A stretch of 64,000 bases of DNA from Auanema rhodensis (taxonomy: Eukaryota > Animalia > Nematoda). The notes under the pieces were generated by a model. It saw nothing but the letters and a program-made list of their open reading frames with translations, did not search any database and was not told where the DNA came from. The position numbers were made by a program, and so were the translations under genes. Position 1 is the first letter of the stretch; every line of letters starts with the position of its first letter. The stretch lies in the NCBI GenBank assembly GCA_964057225.1, contig OZ059896.1:18352001-18416000 (forward strand). Reading direction: 5' to 3'. Of this stretch, positions 34,827 to 47,100 are shown piece by piece.

Positions 34827-37800
34827 TTAAACACAATAACCGTAGGGTAAAGTACTATAATCTTGTAGATAACAAAGTTTATCCATTACAACTTTAGTAC
34901 TTTTTGTCATATCCATTGTGGATATGGCACCGAGTTGCCTCTTTAACAATGTCGTATTGGTTTTTAAAACCAATTTCTCTCCATCCATAACGAGTCCGCG
35001 AACCAGTCGCTCCATACTTTCAAAGTTTACCACTGATGCTGCCGTGTGGTCCAACGTCTGAAAATTATAAAATTTTTTGAAAAGTCAAAGCTCGTTCTTA
35101 CCACTCCCTTTGCCTTTGTTACATATTTTACTTCACCAGCTGCATTTACAAGTTTATAGCTATAAACTTTTGCCGCTGGTGATACAAACTTGGTCATTGA
35201 CCAACCATCGGGTATTTCAGAGGTTAGTTTACCTAACCATTCACCCTTCATATCCTCAATTGGATCTGGCTCATCTAGGCATCTTTGATAAATTAGAGAA
35301 TCCGTGTCTAAATAATGTAAGTTTAAATTGAATACAAAGTATAAAATTACCTGTATACACCAAATTCTTTCCAATTTTCTCCATCGCCTTATACAATAGT
35401 AGCCTTGCATGAGCGGTTGTATAGGCCGCAATAGCTACGTTTGTAAAAGGCGGTGGTGCCAAATGTGAATCCTCTGGTACTGTTGTGCAGTACGCAACAT
35501 TATCCACAATTTTGAACCCAGTGAGTTCCCTTGCAGGATCAGTAATGATCCTACCAATTTCTGGGTCCTCAACACCAATAATCTTGGTTTGGGCTTTATC
35601 AGGTCTTTGACCCATTTTACCCCAGACACTATAAGCAAATTTGTAATGTATTGTTTTAAAAAGTTTACAAACCTATTTAGCTGCAGTTTGGCAATGCTAC
35701 GCATGGCAGCATTCTTCTCAATTTTATTGCTCTCCAGAGCAACACCAGTGTTCTCCTCGTGCTCTTGGAGATATATTACCTGTAAAATTCTATTTAATGT
35801 GATACTTTTATTAAAACATACCTTTTCTTCCTCTGTCATGTTTGGCTTTGGCCAGCCCGACGCCTCTTGTTTAATTTTTATGTACTTTTGTACAAATTCT
35901 TTAAACAGGCCGCCTTGTTGCCATTCTTCCCAGTGCCACACCTCATGCACATTAAGCACTTTATAGCCACGTTGTATGGCACACTCGAGCTCAACATGTG
36001 TCACAGTTAGATGCAGCTTTCTAGCATTTACATCATTCTGGTGCTCACATGCTACATTTTTACTCTTGACTGCACAAGTGCGGCAGTTTGTAAAAATAAG
36101 TTTACCGCCAATACGTGTGCCTAATACAGGGTACAGCAAATTTGTGGGTGCAAGCACGTCACATTTTACTAGCCCCTTGTATGGGCAACATGTCTCAAAG
36201 CTTTTGAAACCCTCAGTAATAACTTTGGGATTACCTACTGGGTAATAGGCATCAAAAGCGGTGACATATGGATATAGTGAACAAAAGTCCACATACTCGA
36301 GCGAGTATCTATCCGAAGCTTGTGCCAAAAGCTTATATGTCTGGGTGCGGCCACCGGTAAAGGCATCTCTAGGTGCCAAGCGTGTAACAACATTTGTTTC
36401 ACGCATAAATTTCGCCATTTCTTCATTGGCCGAAATTTGTGCATTAATTTCGTGCTCCCACACTGTGGTAACACTAATGCCTTGGCTTTGAATTGCTTCA
36501 AGCCTTTTCATGGTTTTATCATAAACCTAAATTTTAAAAATTAAAATGATTAAAAAAGTCACAATTACCTCTTCCATTGTTTCACCATTTCTGCCTGGTG
36601 CTATAGCGCTCTTGTTGGTGCACTGGGGGCAACCATGGTAAATACAACCATTAATCTACAAAAATTTGCACTTTTTACATTTATTACAAATTACTCACCT
36701 CATAGCCATGATTGGCAACGGGGTCATAAGCATCGAGTAGATAGCGATGGCCATCTACTCTCACTGCAAATTCACCACCATTAAGCTTATGCATTAATGG
36801 GCGGCCCAATCCTTGTTCTAGCCATTTTATATACTTTATGGCTATTATACTCTGCTTTTGACCGGCATAATAACCAGTCTCGGGCAGAATACCCACTTGG
36901 TTCTCTTTAATGTGGTTCATTTTCAACTGTAATATAATAGTTTTGAAAATGCTTGTATTTTAAAAAACTTGCCTGGAATAAAGAGAAACTGGCAAATGTC
37001 ATACATTGTATGACAGGGTTCCAGCCAGTGGTGGCGGTTGCCAACTTCATGTAAACTTTCATACAGTTGGTTAAAATACGGACATCTGTCCTACAATATT
37101 CCAAAAGCTCTTCATCAAAATCAAACGCTCTTTGATTACGCTCTTCATACCAAATATCGAATGAAGCTAGGTCTTCTGCTTTCATTCTAGCAGTACAATA
37201 GTACTGTTTTGGTGGTAAAGATGGCAACACTTTGCCATAATTTATTGGATGGTTAAAGAGGTAAGGAAACTGTCCTTTACTCATATCAGGTACACCAAAT
37301 GCCTTGGGTAACGCTGATAGGGGTAAAGGCACTAATAAATAACTATCTTTAAAATATAAATGATTAAATTTTTGACCTCTTAAAGGCTTGACAACCATGC
37401 TTATAATCTTGGTCCCATTTAAAATTGGATCAGGATATATACCACGGTTTATCAGCCTAGACACCAAGAAATGTATGTCAAAGCGTGAACCATTATGCGC
37501 AATCAAAATTGCATTATCATTCTCAACAGAGTTGAGTAACCAATCAAGGAAACGATCTGTTACAGACCATTCACTATCACCTTGTTGGTACCCAAAATGG
37601 CCCTCCTTGGTTATGCATTTTTCACATGAGTTGGCATCTATACAACTTTCACAAAATTTATTATACACAACCATATTGGGCCATTGTTCATCTGCATATT
37701 CATGAACATTTGTACCGCTTTTTAACACAACCGTTTCAAAGTCATAGAAAATAATCTTAAACAAGTAAGTATTACACTTGTAAAGATGTAAAATACAAAC

Positions 37801-40049
37801 CTTGTATTTCTCTTGCCTCTTTTTTAACTGATCCTTCTTCTTGTCGTTAGGTGGTACCCAACAACAAGAATGATCTTCAGGCTTTGTTTGCCCACACTTT
37901 TTGCAAAATTTCTCATTGCAATTGTGCGGTCTATCAGCACGTACTCTGTGATAATGATCACAGTTTTCACATGTCTGAATTTAGTCATGTTAAATTTTAT
38001 ATATATTTTTTAAATTACCTTAAACATTCGACATGTTTTTCTAATATGCCTGTCAAAGCATTGACGAGTTTTGAACAAAACTCTACAACTATCACATCTT
38101 ATGCTACTCTCAACCACATTTTCCATCGAATTACATTTTAAGGTGTGGCATTTCTTACACTTGGCTTTACATCTATGCAACACTGTTTTGTAAGATAATT
38201 TACAGTGTTGGCATATAATACCATCAAAAATCTGTGATCTACTACAAGTTGTAATACAGTCATAATGATTATTTCGGTAGCCTAGTGTTACCACTTTGCT
38301 AGCCGTTTCATTAAAGATACGCTGAATAGCGTACATACGCTGTCCAGGTGGCCTAGCGTATACTACAAACTTATAGTCTGTATTACAACTTGCAATAATA
38401 TTTAAATGGTTCAAATTATAATTTGGTAAATGTACAGAAATACCACATCTATTCAATAAATTGATATGATGTGGTTGATTTGGCAACAAGATGTAGTTGC
38501 GACGAAGATTTTGAATCCTCCGCTTCTCAACAACATCTTCTGCTGCCTCTTCATCGGCTCTCCACATTCCCACAACTGCTGCTCTAGCCAGGCAATGAGT
38601 GTCAGTGTTTTCAATTGTGCCAGGTATTTTGAGTTCGGCATCAAAATAGAAACCAACTCTACCTTCACCAGGCATCAGGCTTGGCTGCACTGGTCTCTCA
38701 TCAAACACATACATTTCAATATTCATTGCCTGGCTAATTACAGCCTCTCGCTTTGATTGCTGCACCTTGCTGATGGCATTCATGATGGCAACGCCATCCA
38801 AATGCTCCCTTCTACGGAAATCCATAAATATGGATCCCTTTTCAAAGGATGGGTGCTCTATTGATAGACAAAATAGCGCTTTTTGTTTATCTGGCACACC
38901 ACTTTCAGCAAGGCACCGATCAAGAAACTCATTAAATAGCCGCGGCATGACAACATGCATTGGCTCATTAATGGCTTCCAAATGTGGGAACGTGAGCGAT
39001 CTAACGACCACGTTGGTGAACCGACCAGTGCGTTTTATGCGTCGGTGTGACCACTATAATACACACTTTTTATAATGGTTATACGCTTTTAGTTTAAATA
39101 TAAATAATTTTTGTTTATAACTTTTAATAATATTACTTTTCTTTAAATTATTTTTATTAATGTTTAAAAATAAATGGCATTTGATTTTTAAATATAAAGT
39201 TTTTTTTTTTTTTCAACTTTGAAAAAACTTTTATAAACATTTGTTAATGTTAAAAAATAAATGAAAAGGTCAAGATTGTGTTTTATTATTTTACTAGTTC
39301 AAAATGTTTGAAATATTTATAATTTGTAAGAATTCAAAATTGGTTGAAAGAAAGATAGATGAGGAAAGATAGATAGATAGTGAGATGAAATGTAAAGATT
39401 TTAAAATGAATGCTGTTCAAAAGAATGAATATGTAAATTTCAAAATACTTGCAATTTGTTTGATAAAAGATATAGATTGAGATGAAATGTAAAGATGAGA
39501 GAGAGAGAATTTTATGAATGCAATTGAAAAAGAGAAATAAATTTCAAAATGTTTTCAAAATATGCAACTGGAGCAAGAGAAAATTTCATGTTTCAAAAGA
39601 TATATTATGAAATGATATGTAAATAAAAGATCGCACCTCTATTTTACAGACATCGTTGAAAGCCGCTCCATATCCGACTTGCCCTCCACTGGTTGATGGG
39701 GTAGCGGGATCCCATTCTCTTAAAAAGAAAAAACTAATTGTTATAATTTTTAATATCGCTTACTCATCACTGTCATCCAAGGTTATTACTTCAATAACCC
39801 TTGATGATGAGGGCCCACTGTTAAAAGTGGGTGATGTGGGCTCACAGAGCTCGATCCCACCAGCCTCGGTAAACTTTATACGTTTACTAAAAAACAAAAT
39901 ATATATAAAGATTCAAAATATTGTTAAATTACCTGAGCTGATTAATCTCTTCATAATCAAATCCTAGCTCTTCACATAAACGTTTATAACTGAAAAAAGA
40001 AAAAGTTTACAAACAAATAATCAAAAAGACACAACCTATTAGCAGCCAT
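34827..40049 (-). CDS. Protein-primed family B DNA polymerase, 14 exons/13 introns (OTU-like, Zn ribbons, 3'-5' exonuclease, Vsr-like insert, polymerase)
   Basis: Exo IIFYDFET, AHNGSRFD, YCRTDV; motif A YVDFCSLYP; motif B RSIAKLQLNSVWGK; motif C YT|DTDS split by an intron; terminal STLPYGY; splice sites conserved with family B. Confidence 0.92.
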
Positions 40050-41096
40050 TGTACCTTGATATAATGAATATATCAGTCTACACATTGCTGTTGGCATTGT
40101 AATTTGTTATGTAACATGGATTTGGGTACAGCTGTCAAAACTAGCAGTTGCGATAAACTTTAAAATAAATAAGCTTATTGAATACATCTGTTTTTATTGT
40201 CCCCGTCGGATTAATTTTTGTTATTAGTTCTTATTAAATTAACTTTATGCGTTTCATTGAGGTCAGCGCAACTGTTTGTTAATCTTATTGTATTTACCTT
40301 CAATGTGTGCTCTATTTAGTTATTGTATCGTTATATTAGTAAAATAAAGTTTAAAACTAATCTTTTATTATAATTTGAAACTTTTACTTGTTAGAATAAA
40401 TATAATTAATAACAATTTGTAATTTCAAAAATTAATAATTTAATGTCATTCTTATCGAATTAACCTTCGATATGTGTTCCATTAAATTTTGGTATTTTAT
40501 ATCGTTCTTATCGAATTAACCTTCGATATGTGTTCCATTAAATTTTGTATTTCATATCGTTCTTATCGAATTAACCTTCGATATGTGTTCCATTGAACTA
40601 CCCGTAACAAGTACGGTGAACAAAACGATATACATGCAAAAATTTTACTGTTCTTTAAAATAAAAACAATACAAACACAATACAATAAAAAATAAACAAA
40701 ATAAGTAAACAAACATTATTAATAAATTTAATAAATAAATAAAATTTAAAAAACAAATTTACATATTTAAATATTTAAAATTTATAATTTTTATTTTTAC
40801 TTAATATATTTAAAAATAATTAAAACTATATACATACATTTGAATAAACAAATTTAAAATTTGATTTAAAAAAAAAAAAAAAAAAAATCATGCTTTAAAT
40901 CATGATTTTTAAATTTAAAAAAGGAAAATCCATGAACCATGATCCCAAAATATGATTTTAACAGCTGACGCTCAAAAATATGTTTTTGACAGCTGACGCG
41001 CCCCAAAAGTATGTTTTTAGCAGCTGACGCCCCCAAAAGTATGTTTTTGACAGCTGTTTGGGGGCGTGGTTAGTAAATTTTGCACGGCTCTCTACT

Positions 41097-42781
41097 AGTG
41101 TTTGATCTCCAAGTATTCCATACAGAGGTCCAATACGTGTATATTGGCATGGTGCTCGGGGTGTGGGTGGTTTCCAAACTACTGAACCATCTCCAAATGT
41201 ACAGCTTCCCATTTGAGCTTTACAGCCTTCGGCGTTGACAATTAAGTCAGATACAATAGTATTGTCCTTTAAATTTGTAATAACTCCTCGCTCCATCACA
41301 AATTGAGTTAAGTTGGCGCATTGAGTAAAACTGAAGAAACGTTCCGGTTCATATACTGGCTTAGGAGCTTCATATGTAAGTGGATTAGCGCTCAACAGTT
41401 TTTCATTTTTCCATTTCTTGTCTCGAGCAGCTATACGGCATTCTTCTACAGATACATATCCATTACCAATGATGGTGTCGTTGCTTTCTCGGAACCAAAA
41501 TTGATCCGTTACACATAATCGATAGATGCGTGTATAACACTTCCACGCTTCCCATGTTACGACGGTTTGTTTAGGAATGAACAATTCAACGTTAACTTGA
41601 TGAGCTTGTTGAATTGCTTTCCGTTGGCATCCTGTTATCTCTGGTGGTGTCATCAGAATTCCTCCTTTATGAGCTAAACATAGTTGATATGAAGCATTCA
41701 CAGTGGGAAGCAGAAATGTGCAGATTATTGTTGTGAGCAGGAATGGTAATGCAATAGTATTTATATTGAATCGAGGTTTCCATCGTCTTTGATTGCCTTG
41801 ATTCTCTCTTGAATAATTGTCGCGATTATTCCTGGCAAAGTTGTCTCGATTTTCTCTTTGATAATTGTTGCGAGGTTCTCTCGAATGATGATTACTCTCC
41901 ATTGAGTAGTTGTTTCCATAATTTTGTCGAGGGCCAGAGTTCCTGCTGAATTTATTTTTGAAATTCTTCCAAGGGTTTCTTGAATTGTTGCCATTGTTCC
42001 GTTCGAAATCTCGTGGCTGCTGATGGTTCCTTTGGTTCCTATTTTCCTTCATGGTGATCTTCTGAACTGCAGAGATCAACTCTTGCATAGTTGAGTTTTC
42101 TTCATGCTGTTTTTTATAGTTAGCACGAATTGCTTCTTCAAAACGTGCTGTCCTTTTTGCTTCCTCATAAGTCTTCGGATCTTTTCCTTGAACAATTATG
42201 CCTAAATCAGCGTTCAATCCATTTAAGAAAGCTGATCTTAATATGAGCTCTCTTTCTCGATCAGTTGGGCTCATAATACTGGAAGCCATTTCTTCCAAGT
42301 ATGAGGCAAACTGAGTAACAGTTTTCTCTCCTTGCGTCGAGCGTAGCAACTTCGCGATCGTGAAATTCCTTTCCGTGGCAGGGCAAAGTAACTCTGCCAA
42401 TTGTGAAACAAGGTCTTTCCAAGGCCCTCGTTCACGAATTTCGGAAGGAATCGAGTTATATGCAGAGATCGCAGAATCATTCTGCTGAAGCAGCAGAGGA
42501 AGAAGAAAAATTCTTTCAATTACCGAAAGTCCCGCAGCATTCGCGAATCGGTTAAATATATCGATGTACGATCGAAAGCTTCGGCTACCATCGTATTTGG
42601 GGCAGTGTGGACTGCCTAGAACTTTTGTTAAGTTTTTGGTCAACTCTGGAGATGCCATTAAATTAGGCGTTTCCAGAGTTGAATCTCTGTTTGATTGCTC
42701 ATGTGGTCTCATGTTGAGTAGGAGCTTCAGAGGTAGTTTTTCGCGCTGGGGAGTTTTTTCTTTTTTCGGTGTTACAGCCAA
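41097..42781 (-). CDS. Gag fused in frame to a signal-peptide-bearing, Cys-rich envelope glycoprotein (class III/gB-like); truncated by Maverick-A; true start uncertain
   Basis: Gag: PKYDGSRSFRSYIDIF, QGEKTVTQF, AFLNGL; N/R-rich linker; hydrophobic IALPFLLTTIICTFLLPTVNA then SYQLC..C..WKC..C..SVEEC..C..GCKAQMGSCTFGDGSVVW..PCQY with N-glycosylation sequons (NDT, NLT). Confidence 0.8.
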
Positions 42782-43765
42782 GTGTGTTGGCGTTTTTTCG
42801 TCGTCCGATGGACTTAAATCGTTGTCAAACGAGTCGTCACTATCGGGAAAAGGAAATCGAGAAATACGATTTCTCTTGTCTCTTAATCTTTGAGAGGTAC
42901 GGAAAGGCGTATCCGTATAATTATTCTTGGAGGTTGCCGTTTTGGAAAAGGAGGAAAGTCAGAACAATCTACAATGTAAAATAGTGGAATAAGTTAGTAA
43001 ACAAGATAAGAATATGAATAGTTAATAGTGAATAAATTAGTGAATAACATGAAAAAAATTGAAGAAAAAAAAGATATATAATAATATGGGTTGAAGATTA
43101 ATTAATTAATGAACTCATACAAAAACAAACTATAGAGAGGAAAAAAAAAAAGATGTGAATATAATTAATTGTTAAGATGATGATAGGATATGATTATGTG
43201 ACAATGTGATTCATAAATTAGAGAAGTGAGTATGGCGGACAAATCAAAATCTCAATTGTTACTGAATAACAATGAATTACCAAACAAGGCATCTTTCAAA
43301 TTCCAAAGTCTTTGTTTCAACTTGAATCAACAATCAAAAAATTATGAGAGAAAGGTTTAAATTCAAATATGACAAATGATACAGCGGATGTTATTTTCTT
43401 ACAGTGGCCATTCTGTTAGTACAAACTTGTAATCTTTATCAAAAATATCGCAAATTGACTTTATTAAGGTCCAATTTTGCTTATATCAAACAGCTTTTCC
43501 ATTTCCAAAAAATATATATTTTTCGCCACAATGAAAAATCAAAAATACAACTGCGCAGAAACAAAAAAATCGAAAAGTTGGCCAATTCAGTATCTCACCC
43601 TTGCGCAAAATATCAACCCTGTTTATTAAAAAAATGAGTGAGACCCTTCGTACTGAATTGGAAAGAGAGGTGGTAGCCCAGGGAAATAGCTCAAAAAAAA
43701 AATTCTCTTTAACTGAATGATAATTCATAATTTAATCGAGTTCGAAAATCGTAAAAAGATTCTAA

Positions 43766-43778
43766 GGTGGAACCTCCA
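43766..43778 (-). promoter_or_regulatory. Primer-binding site complementary to the tRNA-Gln 3' end
   Basis: TGGAGGTTCCACC directly after the 5' LTR; reverse complement GGTGGAACCTCCA matches the 3' end of metazoan tRNA-Gln plus CCA. Confidence 0.8.
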
Positions 43779-44179
43779 TGTAATATCCTTGATTTGGATA
43801 TTAATATTCCATGTTATTGACCCTTAGATTGATGTGTTGTAAAAGAAACAATAAGATTTGAGGAAGAGAGAAAGATTTATTATAAATAAAAAACATTTAA
43901 ACAATAAACAAATAAAGATAAAGATAAGTCCGCCAACTGAAGATTCAGTTGAATGGCAAGCTTATATAGCGAATGTTATCAGCATTTTCCACGAAAGGTT
44001 ATAAGTTGTCAATGACAATTATAACTATCTCGGAAAATGCTGAGGTTGCAAAATATAACTGATAACATAATACACTAAGACAAGAAGCTAGAATTATAAA
44101 ATATAAAATATAAAACACAGAATAAAGAAATACATAAAAATTATAGAAAGAATAAAGTAAAGAATTATAAAGTATAACA
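43779..44179 (-). repeat. 5' LTR of Gypsy copy 1
   Basis: Near-identical to 23936-24336; adjacent PBS on one side and TSD TGGC on the other. Confidence 0.95.
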
Positions 44180-47100
44180 TGGCCACTGAAGATGGCGATG
44201 AGAAGCGAAGGCTGCAAAACCTTCGTCGCAATTACATCTTATTGCCAAATCAGCCACACCATATCAATTTATTAAATAGGTGTGGTATTTCTGTAGATTT
44301 ACCAAATTATAATTTAATTCATTTAAACATTATTGCCAGCTGTAATACAAACTATAAGTTTGTAGTATATGCTAGACCGCCTGGACAGCGTATGTACACT
44401 ATCCAGAAAATATTTAATGAAGCGGCTAGCAAATTGGTAACACTAGGTTACCGAAATAATCACTATGATTGTATTACAGCTGGTAGTCGTTCGAAAATTT
44501 TTGATGGTATTATATGTCAACACTGTAAGTTATCTTACAATACAGTGTTGCATAGATGTAAAGCCAAATGTAAAAAATGCCACACCTATAATTGTAATGC
44601 GATGGGGAATGTGGTTGAGAGTAGCGTGAGGTGTGATAGTTGTAGAGTTTTGTTTAAAACTCAACAATGCTTCGATAGGCATTTGCGAAAAGCCTGCCGA
44701 AAATTCAAGGTATTTTGTGAAAATTTAAAGTTGTACATAACAAGTTTAAATTCAGACATGTGTGGCGTGTGATCACTATCACATGGTCCGTGCTGATAGA
44801 CCGCACAATTGCAATGAAAAATTCTGCAAAAAGTGCGGTCAGACAAAGCCTGAAGAGCACTCTTGTTGTTGGGTTCCACCTAACGACAAGAAGAAGGCTC
44901 AGCTAAAAAAGAAGCAAGAAAAGTTCAAGGTTTGTATTTAACATCTTTACAAGTGTAATGCTTACTTGTTTAAGATTATATTTTATGACTTTGAAACAGT
45001 TGTGTTAAAAAACGGCACAAATGTTCATGAATATGCAGATGAACAATGGCCCAATATGGTTGTGTATAACAAATTTTGTGAAAGTTGTATAGATGCCAAT
45101 TCCTGTGAGAAATGCACAACCAAGGAGGGCCATTTTAGGTACCAACAAGGTGATAGTGAATGGTCTGTAACAGATCGTTTCCTTGATTGGTTACTCAACT
45201 TTTCTGAGAATGATAATGCAATTTTGATTGCGCACAACGGGTCGCGCTTTGACATACATTTCTTGGTGTCTAGGCTGATAAACCGTGGAATATATCCTGA
45301 CCCCATTTTAAATGGGACCAAGATTATTAGAATGGTTGTCAAGCCATTAAGAGGTCAAAACATTAACCATTTATGTTTTAAAGATAGTTATTTACTAGTG
45401 CCTTTACCCTTATCAGCGTTACCCAAGGCATTTGGTGTACCTGATATGAGTAAAGGACAATTCCCATACCTCTTTAACCACCCAATAAATTATGGCAAAG
45501 TGCTACCATCCTTGCCACCAAAGCATTACTATTGTACTGCTAGAATGAAAGCAGAAGACCTAGCTTCATTCAATGTTTGGTATAAGGAGCGTAATCAAAG
45601 TGTGTTTGATTTTGATGAGGAGCTTCTGGAATATTGTAGGACAGATGTCCGTATTTTAACCAACTGTATGAAAGTGTACATGAAGTTGGCCACCACCACC
45701 ACTGGCTGGAATCCTGTCATACAATGTATGACATTTGCCAGTTTCTCTTTATTCCAGGCAAGTTTTTTAAAATACAAGCATTTTCAAAACTAGTATATTA
45801 CAGTTGAAAATGAACCACATTAAAGAGAACCAAGTGGGTATTCTGCCTGAGACTGGTTATTATGCCGGCCAGAAGCAGAGTATAATTGCCATAAAATACA
45901 TAAAATGGCTAGAACACGGATTAGGCCGCCCATTAATGCATAAGCTTAATGGTGGTGAATTTGTTGTGAGAGTAGATGGCCAACGCTATCTACTTGATGC
46001 TTATGACAGTGTGGCTAATCACGGCTATGAGGTGAGTAATTTGTAATAAATGTAAAAAATTAAAAATTTTGTAGTTTAATGGCTGTATTTATCATGGTTG
46101 CCCCCAGTGCACCAACAAGACTGCTATTGCACCAGGCAGAAATGGTGAAACAATGGAAGAGGTAACCAATACTTTTTTAAATCATTTTAAACTGAAACAT
46201 TTAGGTTTATGAAAAAACCATGAAAAGGCTTGAGGCTATTCAAAGCCAGGGCATTAGTGTAACCACTGTGTGGGAACACGAAATTACTGCTCAAATGTCA
46301 TCAAATGAGCAAATGGCAAATTTTATGAAGGACACTGAGGTTGTAACTCGATTGGCACCTCGAGATGCCTTCACCGGCGGCCGAACTCAAACATATAAGC
46401 TTCTGGCCCAAGCTTCGGATAGATACTCACTAGAGTATGTGGATTTTTGTTCACTTTATCCATATGTAACGGCATTTGATGCCTATTACCCTGTGGGTAA
46501 TCCTAAAGTGATTACTGAGGACTTTGAGAGTTTTGAGGCATGCTGCCCTTACAAGGGCCTTGTGAAATGTGACGTGCTTGCACCCACAAATTTGTTGTAT
46601 CCTGTATTAGGAACACGCATAGGCGGTAAATTAATTTTTACAAACTGCCGCACATGTGCAAACAGAGGCAAAAATGTAACATGCCCGCACCAAGATGATG
46701 AAGACGCTCGAAAGCTGCATCTGACTGTAACGCATGTAGAGCTCGAATGTGCCATACAGCGTGGCTACAAAGTGCTTCATGTTTATGAGGTTTGGCACTG
46801 GGATGAATGGCAGCAAGGAGGCCTATTCAAGGATTTTGTACAAAAGTACATAAAAATTAAGCAAGAGGCATCGGGCTGGCCTAAGCCAAATATGACAGAG
46901 GCTGAAAAGGTATGTGTCATGAAAAGTATGGCATTAAATAGAATTTATAGCTAAAATATCTCCAAGAGCACGAGGAGAACACTGGTGTTGCTCTGGAGAG
47001 CAACAAAATTGAAAAGAATGCGGCCATGCGTAGCATTGCCAAACTACAGCTGAATAGGTATGTAAACTTTTAAAAATAAAAATTTACAAATTTGTTTATA

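Larger units (their letters stand above)
25505..41096 (-). mobile_element. Maverick/Polinton family A, full length (15.6 kb), all core ORFs apparently intact
   Basis: Imperfect TIRs of ~0.85-1.0 kb (25505-~26527 and ~40247-41096) starting AGTAGAGAGCC; complete gene set (integrase, ATPase, penton, adenain, hexon, pPolB); no TSD detected. Confidence 0.96.
23936..44179 (-). mobile_element. Ty3/Gypsy-type LTR retrotransposon, copy 1 (gag-env-pol order; internally deleted; hosts Maverick-A)
   Basis: 401-bp TG...CA LTRs at 23936-24336 and 43779-44179 (three differences seen); 4-bp TSD TGGC at 23932-23935 and 44180-44183 whose removal restores pPolB ADELATEDGDEKRR; PBS next to the 5' LTR. Confidence 0.95.

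Noticed and set aside
35589-39075. Antisense ORFs conserved between families A and B
   Set aside because: Shadow ORFs of conserved pPolB exons; conservation is explained by the sense strand
40958-41096. C-terminus of the 607-aa ORF (VESRAKFTNHAPKQLSK...) and N-terminus of the 145-aa ORF at 25505-25621
   Set aside because: Read-through into or out of the Maverick TIR iterons, not genuine protein sequence
25505-41096. Maverick-encoded fusogen or captured host cargo gene
   Set aside because: No signal-peptide/TM glycoprotein or recognisable host gene between the TIRs; the only env-like ORF belongs to the LTR element
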